Shown here piece by piece: positions 41,944 to 51,601 of a stretch of DNA of 64,000 bases; within the stretch, counting starts at the first letter, position 1; each line of letters opens with the position of its first letter. This stretch comes from an uncultured cyanobacterium (lineage in GTDB: Bacteria > Cyanobacteriota > Cyanobacteriia > CAKZMO01), in the NCBI GenBank assembly GCA_963719515.1, contig CAVRCJ010000011.1, positions 352,001 through 416,000 on the forward strand, read 5' to 3'. The notes under the pieces are model-generated. The model did not search any database and was not told the origin of the DNA. It saw nothing but the letters and a program-made list of their open reading frames with translations. The position numbers and the translations under genes are program-made.

Positions 41944-42654
41944 CTGACCGAGAAGATTCTGGCGGCAGTTGAAGAAGTTAGCGACGAGCCTGTCCGCTTT
42001 TTGATCAACACCCACTGGCACTTTGACCATACGGGCGGCAACGAGAATCTGGGCAACGCGGGCGTCATGATTGTGGCCCATGACGAAGTTTATACCCGCA
42101 TGAGCATGGACCAGTTTATTGACGCGTTCCAAATGGAGGTTCCAGCATCTCCCCCGGCCGCACTCCCCAGCTTGACCTACAGCGACACCATAACCTTCCA
42201 TCTCAACGGCCAGACGGTTCACGCGTTTCACGTGGCCCCGGCTCATACCGACGGTGATACGGTGATTCACTTCCCCGACGCCGATGTCATTCACGCCGGG
42301 GACATCTACTTCAACGGCCTCTATCCGTTTATCGACACCTCTAGCGGCGGCTCCCTCATCGGTATGGTTCGTGGGGCAGAACAGATTTTGGCGCTGGCTG
42401 GAGATGAGACCCAGATTATTCCCGGTCATGGCCCTTTGTCTAATCGCGCAGAGCTAGAGGCCTATCGGCAGATGCTGGGGAATGTGCGAGTTCGCACCGA
42501 GCGGGCTATAGCCCAAGGCCTTACTCTAGAGGAGTTCCTCGCCTCAGACCCGACAGCCGACTATGACGACGCCTGGGGGCAAGGCTTTCTCACCCCTGAG
42601 CAGTTTCTCACGATTGTCTATCAAGATCTCGCTGAGTAATGCTGCAGGGCATTA

Positions 42655-42771
42655 GAGCCGAGTCGCGCCCTGCAGCACTGGTAAGCTGAGTAGCGCCCTG
42701 CGGCACTGGTGAGCCGAGTCGCGCCCTACGGCACTGGTAAGCTGAGTCGCGCCCTGCGGCGCTAGTGATAA
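42655..42771. repeat. 28-bp tandem repeat, about 4 copies
   Basis: GAGTCGCGCCCTGCRGCACTGGT(AAGCT/GAGCC) units starting at 42660, 42688, 42716, 42744. Confidence 0.9.
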
Positions 42772-43094
42772 GAGCGCATCCGGCCCATCATTGCGCGAGA
42801 GCCCACAATGCAGGCCATTGCTAGCCCCAAAATGGGCACGATGGAAAACTCGCGTGATCGGGTCTGAGGAGGCTTTTTGGCGATGGGCTGGGTGAGCGGC
42901 GTGTAAATTTGCTTGGGCTCGATAACCAGAACTGGGGCGTCGCGGTGACGCGCCAGCATAACGACGTCTGGGTGCAGCAGCAGCGCTAACCCTAGCCAGA
43001 AAAGCAGCATGGTGAAAAACCAGGCGCTAGTCCACAGGGCTAGCGGATGGGCCAGCATCCAACGGACTGCTAGGGGCGATTTAGAGTGATGCAT
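42762..43094 (-). CDS. Hypothetical membrane protein
   Basis: 110 aa with two hydrophobic segments. Confidence 0.6.
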   Translation of the reverse strand: MHHSKSPLAVRWMLAHPLALWTSAWFFTMLLFWLGLALLLHPDVVMLARHRDAPVLVIEPKQIYTPLTQPIAKKPPQTRSREFSIVPILGLAMACIVGSRAMMGRMRSYH

Positions 43095-43233
43095 GACTTT
43101 CAGGAGGGGGAATCACAGCTGATGCAAAGCTTCAGCTGCGCGATCGCTTACGGGTCACCTACAAATACAGCGCCGGCGAGGGACATTCCATAAGGAAGAC
43201 CGGGTTAGCGCTACCCCTATTATGAAGAGTGCC

Positions 43234-44283
43234 CTACGAATGGCGATCGCCCGCGAGGGTGATTAAGCGATGTACTAGCTCGGGAAACGAAACCCCGGTG
43301 TTGCCCCAAAGAGTGGGGTACATGCTGGTCACGGTAAAGCCCGGTAGGGTATTTATTTCGTTGAGCAGCACTTCGCCCGTGGCCTCAACGTAAAAGAAAT
43401 CGACCCGCGCTAGCCCAGCGCAGTCTAAGGCCTGAAAGGCCTGAATGGCCCTCTGCTGAATTAGGGTAGCGATCGCCTCTGGAAGGGGAGCTGGAATCAG
43501 CAGCTGAGCCTTGCCTTCAGTGTATTTGGTCTCGTAGTCGTAAAAATCAGCGTCGAAGGTAATTTCCCCGACCACCGAGGCTTGGGGATTGTCGTTGCCC
43601 AGCACAGCGCACTCGACTTCGCGGGCCGTCACCCCCGCTTCCACAATTAGGCGGCGGTCGTAGCTCGCGGCGCTGTCGAGGGCGGCCTCTAGCTCATCGC
43701 GCGATCGCACCTTAAACACCCCCACCGATGATCCCAGGTTGGCAGGCTTAATAAAGCAGGGATAGGGCAGCGCTGACTCAATGCGATCGCAAAGCTTGGG
43801 GAAAATGCAGGGGTTAGACCATACCTCCTCTCGGGTCACCGCCAAGTAGTCCACTTGCGGCAATCCCGCCTGGGCAAAGGCACTTTTCATCGCCAGCTTA
43901 TCCATTCCCACCGCCGAGGCGAGAATGCCAGGGCCAACGTGGGGAACGCCCATGAGCTGCAGCAGGCCTTGGATGCTGCCGTCTTCACCGTTGGGGCCGT
44001 GGAGCACGGGGAACCAGACGTCTATGGTGGTAGCTTCGTCGGGAAAGCGCCACAGGCTCCCCTCCGTGAGAGATAGGGGTGGTGCGCCTGCCTCAAGCAC
44101 CGGCTGAGAGGCTTCCGGAGACTGCCAAACGCCGTTTTTTTGAATGTAGAAGGGGAGAACCAGATAGCGATCGCGGTTGCTGTCGTCATTTAAGGCGCGG
44201 GCAATCGCCTGGGCTGAGCGGATGGAGACTTCGTGCTCGCCTGACTGTCCGCCAAATAGCAGTCCAATACGCTGTTGTTCCAT
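43234..44283 (-). CDS. ddl: D-alanine--D-alanine ligase
   Basis: [47 protein letters not shown]. Confidence 0.97.
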   Translation of the reverse strand: MEQQRIGLLFGGQSGEHEVSIRSAQAIARALNDDSNRDRYLVLPFYIQKNGVWQSPEASQPVLEAGAPPLSLTEGSLWRFPDEATTIDVWFPVLHGPNGEDGSIQGLLQLMGVPHVGPGILASAVGMDKLAMKSAFAQAGLPQVDYLAVTREEVWSNPCIFPKLCDRIESALPYPCFIKPANLGSSVGVFKVRSRDELEAALDSAASYDRRLIVEAGVTAREVECAVLGNDNPQASVVGEITFDADFYDYETKYTEGKAQLLIPAPLPEAIATLIQQRAIQAFQALDCAGLARVDFFYVEATGEVLLNEINTLPGFTVTSMYPTLWGNTGVSFPELVHRLITLAGDRHS

Positions 44284-44371
44284 GGTGGCCCTCGTCTTGC
44301 GGCTACAACTATGCCGCTACTTTATCACCTAGAGGCGCTGCGATTTAACCACGATTGGTGGCCTCTTGGAG

Positions 44372-44947
44372 CTATGTTTGGCCGCAGTCCTCAGCACTTT
44401 TGCCGGAGTTCAAGCCTCCAATCAGCGAGCGAATGATGACGCAGCGATAGGTATTAGAGTTTTGGGGCGTAACCGTCAGGTAAATGGGCAAGTCGCTGAT
44501 ATCAATTCCCCGGTCGAGATCGAGGCCACCGTTAGCGCTAAACCAAATCTCCGTGATTTCTTCCCCAGCGCCGTTTTGCGCCGTAAAAACGAGCGAATTG
44601 GCATCAAAATCACCCTCGGCTAGCGGAACTCCGTCAGCCGAGCCATCTCCCGGATAGTTGATGGTGTTGTCTGTCGGGTCGAACTCAATAGCGCGATTGC
44701 TGCGGAGACGCCGCGCTTCGGATTGAGTTTGCCGGACGCCCTGCAAAATCTGGTCGCTGGCGCGCTTGGCCTTTTGACGATTAGCAAAAGTCCCCCAGCC
44801 TGGAGCCGCGATCGCGGCTAAAACGCTGACGATGGTAACTACAATTAATAGCTCAAATAACGTGAATCCTGAGTCGCTTTGCGAGCGCATTCTAGCCACA
44901 GGTTGTCTCCTGGAAATTGGGTCATCGGTAGGGGTAGACTGAAGCAC
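44372..44947 (-). CDS. Type IV prepilin-like protein (FimT/GspH-like; HpsD position)
   Basis: GFTLFELLIVVTIVSVLAAIAAP; alternative ATG start at 44890. Confidence 0.88.
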   Translation of the reverse strand: MLQSTPTDDPISRRQPVARMRSQSDSGFTLFELLIVVTIVSVLAAIAAPGWGTFANRQKAKRASDQILQGVRQTQSEARRLRSNRAIEFDPTDNTINYPGDGSADGVPLAEGDFDANSLVFTAQNGAGEEITEIWFSANGGLDLDRGIDISDLPIYLTVTPQNSNTYRCVIIRSLIGGLNSGKSAEDCGQT

Positions 44948-45895
44948 TCAACTCGGCGTTTTATCGAGCGTACCTCGGATAAAGACCCGAGTCTCAATAG
45001 GCGGCAAGAAGGTATCTTCTCTCATCAGGCCTGAGCGCTGCACTGCATTACCCCGCAAAGACAAAACGACCTCTTGGTTTCCAGCGGTTGTGCCAGGTTC
45101 GCTTATGCAGGCATAGAAACTTCGAGGAACAGCGCCGCTAGGAGTCAGCTGGTAGGTGGAGCCTGTGACTGTTGGACAAGACGGATCAACCCCCGCCGCC
45201 AAACTACCATTCCCATCGTCTACAAAGTCAGCAAGCAGCTCTGGCTCAGAAAAAGCTGGCGTTGAGCCATCAGGGGGCCAGTTTTTAAAGTTCGCTGAAC
45301 CGCTTTCAAACGGACTTACGTAGCCAGTAGCAGCAGCGTCAGCAATTGACATGTCTGAGCGAAAAATACCGGCCTCTCCGACGATAGCGGTGAGCGGATT
45401 ATCGGGATCATCGGGGCCATCATCGCGAGCCCCCAGAGAATAGACCACAAGAGAATAGGAGCTGCCGGCGAGGCAAGGGAGATTAGTTGGCGGGGGGTCA
45501 GCTGTGCAAGCGGTTGACTGAACCGCTTGAGGAATGGGCTGAAGCCGCCAGAATGCTAAGATTGGCGTCATTCCCGCTGGCAGATTGAGATTCCAGCCCC
45601 CCGAGCCCTCACAGTCTGCCGCTGTACCATCAAGGCAGTCAGCGTCATAAGCAAATACAGCCTGCTTGAGTTCTGACTCCATATACGTTAGCGCTAGCTG
45701 CATGTCGCGCTGAGTTTCTGTGCGATCGCTCTCTCGCTGATCGGTTTTGAGAACCTCAATTGCTAGGTACATCAGCCCCGAGACAATCCCTGATGCCAAG
45801 ATGATAGTGACCAGGAGTTCAATTAATGTGAACCCTTTTGAGGCGCTCTTAGAGGCGCGAGGCAGATGTCGTAGGAGCAGCGTGACGGCAGACAT
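44948..45895 (-). CDS. Type IV prepilin-like protein (PilW-like; HpsC position)
   Basis: GFTLIELLV prepilin motif; PILAFW and LRGNA segments. Confidence 0.85.
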   Translation of the reverse strand: MSAVTLLLRHLPRASKSASKGFTLIELLVTIILASGIVSGLMYLAIEVLKTDQRESDRTETQRDMQLALTYMESELKQAVFAYDADCLDGTAADCEGSGGWNLNLPAGMTPILAFWRLQPIPQAVQSTACTADPPPTNLPCLAGSSYSLVVYSLGARDDGPDDPDNPLTAIVGEAGIFRSDMSIADAAATGYVSPFESGSANFKNWPPDGSTPAFSEPELLADFVDDGNGSLAAGVDPSCPTVTGSTYQLTPSGAVPRSFYACISEPGTTAGNQEVVLSLRGNAVQRSGLMREDTFLPPIETRVFIRGTLDKTPS

Positions 45896-45988
45896 AAGTT
45901 AAAACCCTAAAGCGGCGGCACAGAGAAACGGCCTGAAAGACGGGAGACAAACCATGAGTCGCTTCGAAGACCAGCATGAAAAATCGAT

Positions 45989-46720
45989 CTAGGTACATTC
46001 TCCAAGATCGAGATATTGACAGACAGAAAGGTCGCGATCGCTCCACACAAAGTCGGAGTAAAGAACGGCCAAAGGTCGCCTTTGCTGGTTGCCTAAGCCT
46101 GTGGTGTACCGCAGCGAGGCCTCTGTCGTCTCAAGTTCGCCGAGATTAGCGGCGGCGGAAACCGCATAGACCCGAACCCCCATACGAAACTCATTGAGCT
46201 TATCAGGTTCCGCGAGATTGGCGGTCCCTTCATCTCTGAAGGTTTGCATCAAAAAATCTGCTTCGCAATCGCCGTCTATATCCACGGGAAGCGCGAACTG
46301 AGCGCCGGGAAGCGCCGTTCCAGAAAACGCATCGCAGCTAGAATTGGTAGATTGAAGCTCATCGTGAAGGTCCGTAGGAGCGGCGGCGGCGGCGATATCA
46401 TCCCCCACGTCGGGCGGTAGAACCTGACCCTGCAAGAGGTTACCATCGCCATCTACTCCTGTGACAGACTGGCGCTTCTTTTCGATCAGAAGCCGCACCC
46501 TGTCGACCTCCCCCTGGGCGACCTTCAGGGCCTGCTCAGCGCGTCGATTTTGTACCCGCGTTGCCGCAGAGATAAACAGTGGTGGAGTAATCAGCAGGCC
46601 TGTTACCCCAACAACGGTGATAGCGACCAAGCATTCAACCAGGGTCAACCCCCGATCACCAGTCTTGACGGCGATCGCATTAGGGCGATTCTTGTTCCAG
46701 TGGCGATACGGCGGACGCAT
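45989..46720 (-). CDS. Type IV prepilin-like protein (PilV-like; HpsB position)
   Basis: GLTLVECLVAI, ATRVQNRRAEQAL. Confidence 0.85.
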   Translation of the reverse strand: MRPPYRHWNKNRPNAIAVKTGDRGLTLVECLVAITVVGVTGLLITPPLFISAATRVQNRRAEQALKVAQGEVDRVRLLIEKKRQSVTGVDGDGNLLQGQVLPPDVGDDIAAAAAPTDLHDELQSTNSSCDAFSGTALPGAQFALPVDIDGDCEADFLMQTFRDEGTANLAEPDKLNEFRMGVRVYAVSAAANLGELETTEASLRYTTGLGNQQRRPLAVLYSDFVWSDRDLSVCQYLDLGECT

Positions 46721-46772
46721 AATCTTCTCCAGCTAGCGGCTCATAACGGTTAGAAAAAGACGAGAGCTATCC

Positions 46773-49700
46773 TCATTCAGGAGGGCAAAAACTGTCGTTG
46801 CCTGCAACTTGGCGGCAAAGCTGCGCAATGTAAGGATCGTCCAGCGTTGGTTCGCTGTAGAACTCGCTTCGAGCGGGCGTTGTCGATGCAAATCGACTTG
46901 CAATCGGAGCGGCTGGCACGTACTGAAGCGCGACATCGTATCCCCAGAGGCGATTGGGCGGATTGTAATAGGGAAATCTGTCTCTAGGATCTGTCGGCAC
47001 AGCTTCCGGTTCCCAGACCTCTTGGTCAAAGGGAGCGGTGGCAGCCGCGCTAAAGTTCAGCTGATAGAAGGTGCCGGACATAGAGAGGTCAACGTCATCC
47101 CAGTCTTCAATGAAGCGAGGGAAATTGTGTAGGCCGCCATAGGGCTGATTTAGGCGAGACGGCACGATCCCGCTAATCACGCTGAGGTTGACAATCTGCT
47201 CAGCAGCAGGGGTTATACCATTCTCTTCTTGAGCAAAATAGTTTCCGGTGTAGGGAGTGTCAGCAGCATCGACTGGGTTACCGTTCCTGTTGATGAAGAT
47301 CGGAGACTCCGAGTCGAAAGAGTTCTGACGTCGCCAGTCACCCGGATTGGTTCGAGGTCGGTTTTGGTTGAGGTAAGAGGTGTGATCGCCTGCGCAACCA
47401 TATCGACCCATCGCGTCAGCACCTAAAGTTACCGTGTTGTTTTCACCTGCTGTGAGAAAGCCGTCTTCAACGCTGCCATCGCAAAAGTCTGACGACAGAA
47501 TAATAACGGCATCAGCGAGAACTTCCGTTGGCCGCCAGTCATCATTGCGGGGATTAGCAAACCTGTTGTCTGGGGTTGTACGGGTATAGAAGTTGTCCCA
47601 GGTTGGGTTTAGCCTTTGGGTAAACTCTTCCAGCTGCTCAATCACACCCGGATCGTCCACGGTGGGTCCACGGTGCAGGTTGAAGGCCCCTCGGATGTAG
47701 ACGCTGTTATCTGCAATAAACGATACGCCTCGACCGAGGTCACCAGTTCTCTTCAGCGTAGCGCCGTTGGTTAGGCGAAAGCCATAAGAACGTCGGTCGG
47801 GATCGGAAACAAAATCGACCGCCTTCATGCTGAATCCCTTGTCAAGGAGCAGCGGATCGGTCGAGGCCGTCAGCGCGCTCCCATCGGCGTGGGTTTGGCA
47901 GGTTGCTGGATTGCCTTCTAGAGTGAGGTAGTCGGCACAAAGGGGAGCACCGGCAGCTGCCGGTCGAACAATAGCGTCTTCCCGTACGGCGTCCTCACGA
48001 AACGCAAAGACAATGCCGCTGAGCGGAAGCCACTGCTCGTTAGGATCAGCAAAGAAAGAGGCCTCTCTCAACAGATCCAGGTCAATATCGAGGGTACGCA
48101 CGCTCATCCGCTCGCGCCCGTCGTAAGGTGCGGCATCCTTGAAGGGTACTGGCCAAGTTTCAGAACCAAGCGACCCTACACCGCAGGCCTCATCAATACA
48201 GCGAATCAGCGCCTGTTCGTTAGAGTTAGGATTAACGGGCGCTACATCAGGCGCTGCCGCCTCAAACGGACCCGCGGCGATCGGGGTAACCCAGCCCGAT
48301 CGCAGGCTCTCCTGTGGCGCTATAGCGACGGTGTCTACGTTGTTGAGCAGATCAGCTGTAGGAGACCCGGCAGCAACAGGAGTCGTCCTCTGGTAAAACA
48401 GTCCTCCGTTTTGAGCGCTGATGTATGCATCGACCGCGCCATCTCGAGTCTCATCGGCTGTTTCGGCCAAAGCAGTGATGTCACCCGGCGGAAATAGCGC
48501 TCGCAGAACAGGATACTTTGGTCCATCAGCACAGAGCATTTCCATGCTTGCGTTGACGTAGGGCGTGCAAGCGTATGTGCTGGGCCCTGCAGCAAAGCCG
48601 TTGAGGCGATCGCGATTCACCTGCTCTTTGTTGGCAATCACGCGAGCGATCGCCAGCATGTTATTGGTAACGCCCGTCGCTGCGTCAGAGTCAAGCCCAT
48701 TCCACTGCTCTAGCACAGTGATGAAGGCTTCTGCAGGGTCGCCCGCCGCGAGGGTCACTCCTGTTGGGTTGACGGCGGTGAGAGCTGATAGGCGAGTAGC
48801 CAAAGTGGTGATGGCGCCGTCTTCGACGCTGCCGCCATCACCGTACTCGGTATTGACCAAGAGCGGACTTGCATCTGCTCCAACCGGATTAAACCGGTTC
48901 AGGTAATCGATGTTGTAGGCTAACATTCCCAAAGTGCAGGTAGCCGTATGTAGCGTCGTCTTGTCGGCAGGGCTCAGGGCAGCGTATGTCGTACCCCCGT
49001 CAAGCAGAGCGGTGACGTTACGGAGCACTGAAAAATCTCCCCACATCGACATCAACGGGTAGGGATGAACAACATCGTCTTGAATAGGCGTGAAAGAGGG
49101 TGCTCCGCCATTGGGGTCACCCGCAAACTGAGCTAGATTCCGCAGCGCGATGCCTAAAGGCTCTACGCTGCCCACGACGGTGGCAAAGTTTGCACCGTAG
49201 GGAAAATCAAACTCCCACCCGTTGGTGCCACGACCCGTAAAGAAGTCAGTAAGAATCGCCTGTGATACTATGGCGCTGCGAGGTTCAATGATTTGCAGCG
49301 CCTCAAAGGTAGCGCTATCTTGCAGCGTCTTTGCCGTACCGGGGTGAACCGTCGTCGCCAGGCAAACCCGAGGAAGGTCGCCATCGCCGCCAGCGCTAGT
49401 GGCGTGATAAATTGCCGTCGCCTGGACAGCCGCCAAATTGTCGGCAAGCGTCCGGCGCTGACGGGTTTCGTGGCACCCCAAGTTACTCGTCGGGGTGCAT
49501 TGCTCAAAGGGATAGAGAGGCTCAGCAGTTGGACCAGTGGGCGTCCATCCGTAAGGGTCGCCAAGCTCTAGCCGCTGACCCACAACAATCCGCATGCCCT
49601 CATTTCTAGCCCGGCGTTCCCAGTAGCCATCAAGACCCACGTTTGTATCACCTGTCAAACCTGGGTTTATGAGCTGCAGATCCGCCGTAGGTGACCCAAC

Positions 49701-51263
49701 TGCCGTGACCTCAACACCTGAGTAGCGGGGCTGCGGCCCCTCTCGGTTGTCTGCGCGATAGGAGTCTCCAACCAGCGGCTGGTCTTCAGACCGGCTGAGA
49801 ATACGCTCCTCAATCTCCGGCGTCGCGTCATCCGTGTCCCAAGCTGGATTGCGAAAGGCCCCCGCATCCTCGACATTACGAGATACCGAAACGCCCTCTG
49901 CCAAAAGCCTAATGGGATCTAAGGCAAAGTCAGCTTTGTCTGGCGCGTCGTTTGCCAGAGAGTCAGTTTCTTCGTTCAGCTCGGGAGGATTCACCCGTGG
50001 ATTTTCTTCTCCAAAGATGTGAACCAAGGACGTCTGCGCAAAGTCTGCGTCAACGACACGACCGTTGATGACCTGTCCCTGGAACGCAATCCCACCGTTG
50101 TCAGCTAGCTCAGGCTCACCCAGCGTGATCTCAGAGTCAGATTTAGAGGTGTTTAGGCAAGAGTTTGTGGAGCTGATGAGAAAGGCTCTAAAAGGTCTCG
50201 ACCCGTCTCCCCGGTTACCCTGACCTACGATAAGGTTGCCTTCAGTGTGCATTGCACCATTCCAGCGAAACTGGGGACCGGGAAAGACCTCAAGGTCATT
50301 ACGGAACCAAGCTCCCCACTTGTTCCCCTGCTCGACCTGCCGGTCCTGCTGAAATTCTAGAGTTGCGATCGTCGCGATCGCGCTGGCAGTCTCTAAGGTG
50401 CCGTCGATGTTCACCGCGCCCGGAATAGCGATCGCATTCACCTGAAAGTTCTTACTCGGGTTGGTCCCGGCAACCTTGAACCATCCCTCCTCAACGGCAC
50501 CTGCCGTTCGATTGGCGCAGGCGTTGCTAGATGCCGCTGTCGAACTGAGAGGACCATTCTTGACCTGTAGACTCTCTGCCCTGTTTGCAACGGCTACATC
50601 GGTTCGATCGGATAGATCGTTAATATCGTTGGGCGTCTGAAAGACGAGTGAATAGGCAATCACGGTATCGGGTCCGTCGACACCATCGGTGTCAACCGGA
50701 AACTGCCAGGCATTGTCGTTTGTTGCTGGATTGCCGTCTAGGTCGATTCGAGTTTCATCCTCGAATTCATAAGGGCTAACCTGCGTAACCCCATCCTCTA
50801 AAGTAGGCGTAAAAGGCTCAACGGTCAGAGTGCCGCGAGGTTGGCCGTCATTGGCCATCATGCCAACCAGAAAAGTTTCCCCTGGAGTACCGCTGGGGAG
50901 TCTGTCGTCTTGGCTAAAAAGATATTCCAGCTTGGCCTTCGCCCGGTCAATGGCTGGGGTCGCCGCGTTGTAGATCACCTGCTGCTGGCGATCGCCAATA
51001 GCCTGGGTTGTCCGGGTAAAGGTGCGGAGCGAAATCGAGCCCACCGTCAGCGTTACCACCAGCAGCAAAAGCACCACCGTCGGCAAAATGAAGCCGCTCT
51101 GGGCGCTGGGCTGAGCAAGCCGTCTCGGCAGCACGAACAAGAGCCGAAGCAGCAGGCGGGCGATCGCCCCACCGACTCTAGAAAAGACATTGCCCCGAGC
51201 CGTTTGTCCGGACCGACGGGGTGAGCCCTGCCGGGGGGTGTGACGACGCCTACGAATTGACAT
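46773..51263 (-). CDS. hpsA: Hormogonium polysaccharide protein HpsA (large PilX-like protein)
   Basis: 1496 aa; GFILPTVVLLLLVV, NAATPAIDRAKAK, NKWGAWFRNDLE, GGLHNFPRFIEDW, RLWGYDVAL; followed by three pseudopilins. Confidence 0.82.
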   Translation of the reverse strand: MSIRRRRHTPRQGSPRRSGQTARGNVFSRVGGAIARLLLRLLFVLPRRLAQPSAQSGFILPTVVLLLLVVTLTVGSISLRTFTRTTQAIGDRQQQVIYNAATPAIDRAKAKLEYLFSQDDRLPSGTPGETFLVGMMANDGQPRGTLTVEPFTPTLEDGVTQVSPYEFEDETRIDLDGNPATNDNAWQFPVDTDGVDGPDTVIAYSLVFQTPNDINDLSDRTDVAVANRAESLQVKNGPLSSTAASSNACANRTAGAVEEGWFKVAGTNPSKNFQVNAIAIPGAVNIDGTLETASAIATIATLEFQQDRQVEQGNKWGAWFRNDLEVFPGPQFRWNGAMHTEGNLIVGQGNRGDGSRPFRAFLISSTNSCLNTSKSDSEITLGEPELADNGGIAFQGQVINGRVVDADFAQTSLVHIFGEENPRVNPPELNEETDSLANDAPDKADFALDPIRLLAEGVSVSRNVEDAGAFRNPAWDTDDATPEIEERILSRSEDQPLVGDSYRADNREGPQPRYSGVEVTAVGSPTADLQLINPGLTGDTNVGLDGYWERRARNEGMRIVVGQRLELGDPYGWTPTGPTAEPLYPFEQCTPTSNLGCHETRQRRTLADNLAAVQATAIYHATSAGGDGDLPRVCLATTVHPGTAKTLQDSATFEALQIIEPRSAIVSQAILTDFFTGRGTNGWEFDFPYGANFATVVGSVEPLGIALRNLAQFAGDPNGGAPSFTPIQDDVVHPYPLMSMWGDFSVLRNVTALLDGGTTYAALSPADKTTLHTATCTLGMLAYNIDYLNRFNPVGADASPLLVNTEYGDGGSVEDGAITTLATRLSALTAVNPTGVTLAAGDPAEAFITVLEQWNGLDSDAATGVTNNMLAIARVIANKEQVNRDRLNGFAAGPSTYACTPYVNASMEMLCADGPKYPVLRALFPPGDITALAETADETRDGAVDAYISAQNGGLFYQRTTPVAAGSPTADLLNNVDTVAIAPQESLRSGWVTPIAAGPFEAAAPDVAPVNPNSNEQALIRCIDEACGVGSLGSETWPVPFKDAAPYDGRERMSVRTLDIDLDLLREASFFADPNEQWLPLSGIVFAFREDAVREDAIVRPAAAGAPLCADYLTLEGNPATCQTHADGSALTASTDPLLLDKGFSMKAVDFVSDPDRRSYGFRLTNGATLKRTGDLGRGVSFIADNSVYIRGAFNLHRGPTVDDPGVIEQLEEFTQRLNPTWDNFYTRTTPDNRFANPRNDDWRPTEVLADAVIILSSDFCDGSVEDGFLTAGENNTVTLGADAMGRYGCAGDHTSYLNQNRPRTNPGDWRRQNSFDSESPIFINRNGNPVDAADTPYTGNYFAQEENGITPAAEQIVNLSVISGIVPSRLNQPYGGLHNFPRFIEDWDDVDLSMSGTFYQLNFSAAATAPFDQEVWEPEAVPTDPRDRFPYYNPPNRLWGYDVALQYVPAAPIASRFASTTPARSEFYSEPTLDDPYIAQLCRQVAGNDSFCPPE

Positions 51264-51601
51264 AGCGGCTCTCGCTCTCGTTAATAGATGACAACCGATT
51301 CACGCATGAGTGCTAACATACCCAACCTTAAGAGAAATCTTTCAGGGCGGCAGCAGAATTACTCAAACAGGATTGCGAGGTCGTCCTAAAACAGTTCAAG
51401 CTAATCATAGCGAATTTAATTTGACGAGCCGGCTACAGGAATGCGCCTTCATGCATGTCACTTTAAGCACATTCTCCCTTCAGTCTAATCAAGCAAAGCT
51501 TTACAGCGTTTATCACCCGAGTAGAGTGTGGATGGCTGAGATGCGCCTCCGTGTTGTTAAAAATCATTCTTGAACAAAATCCACCCCGGAGCCAACCCCC
51601 G

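Larger units (their letters stand above)
40319..42639 (+). pseudogene. Secreted MBL-fold metallohydrolase (cyclase-like) interrupted by an IS200/IS605 element
   Basis: 5' part 40319-40529 (signal peptide, GGNIGVLVGEDGVFL) joins in frame to 41924-42639 ((I)DDQFAP...THWHFDHTGGN, HTDGD, GD, PGHG). Confidence 0.93.

Noticed and set aside
42655..42771. CRISPR-like array (28-bp units)
   Set aside because: Units are contiguous with no unique spacers, and there are no cas genes in the window
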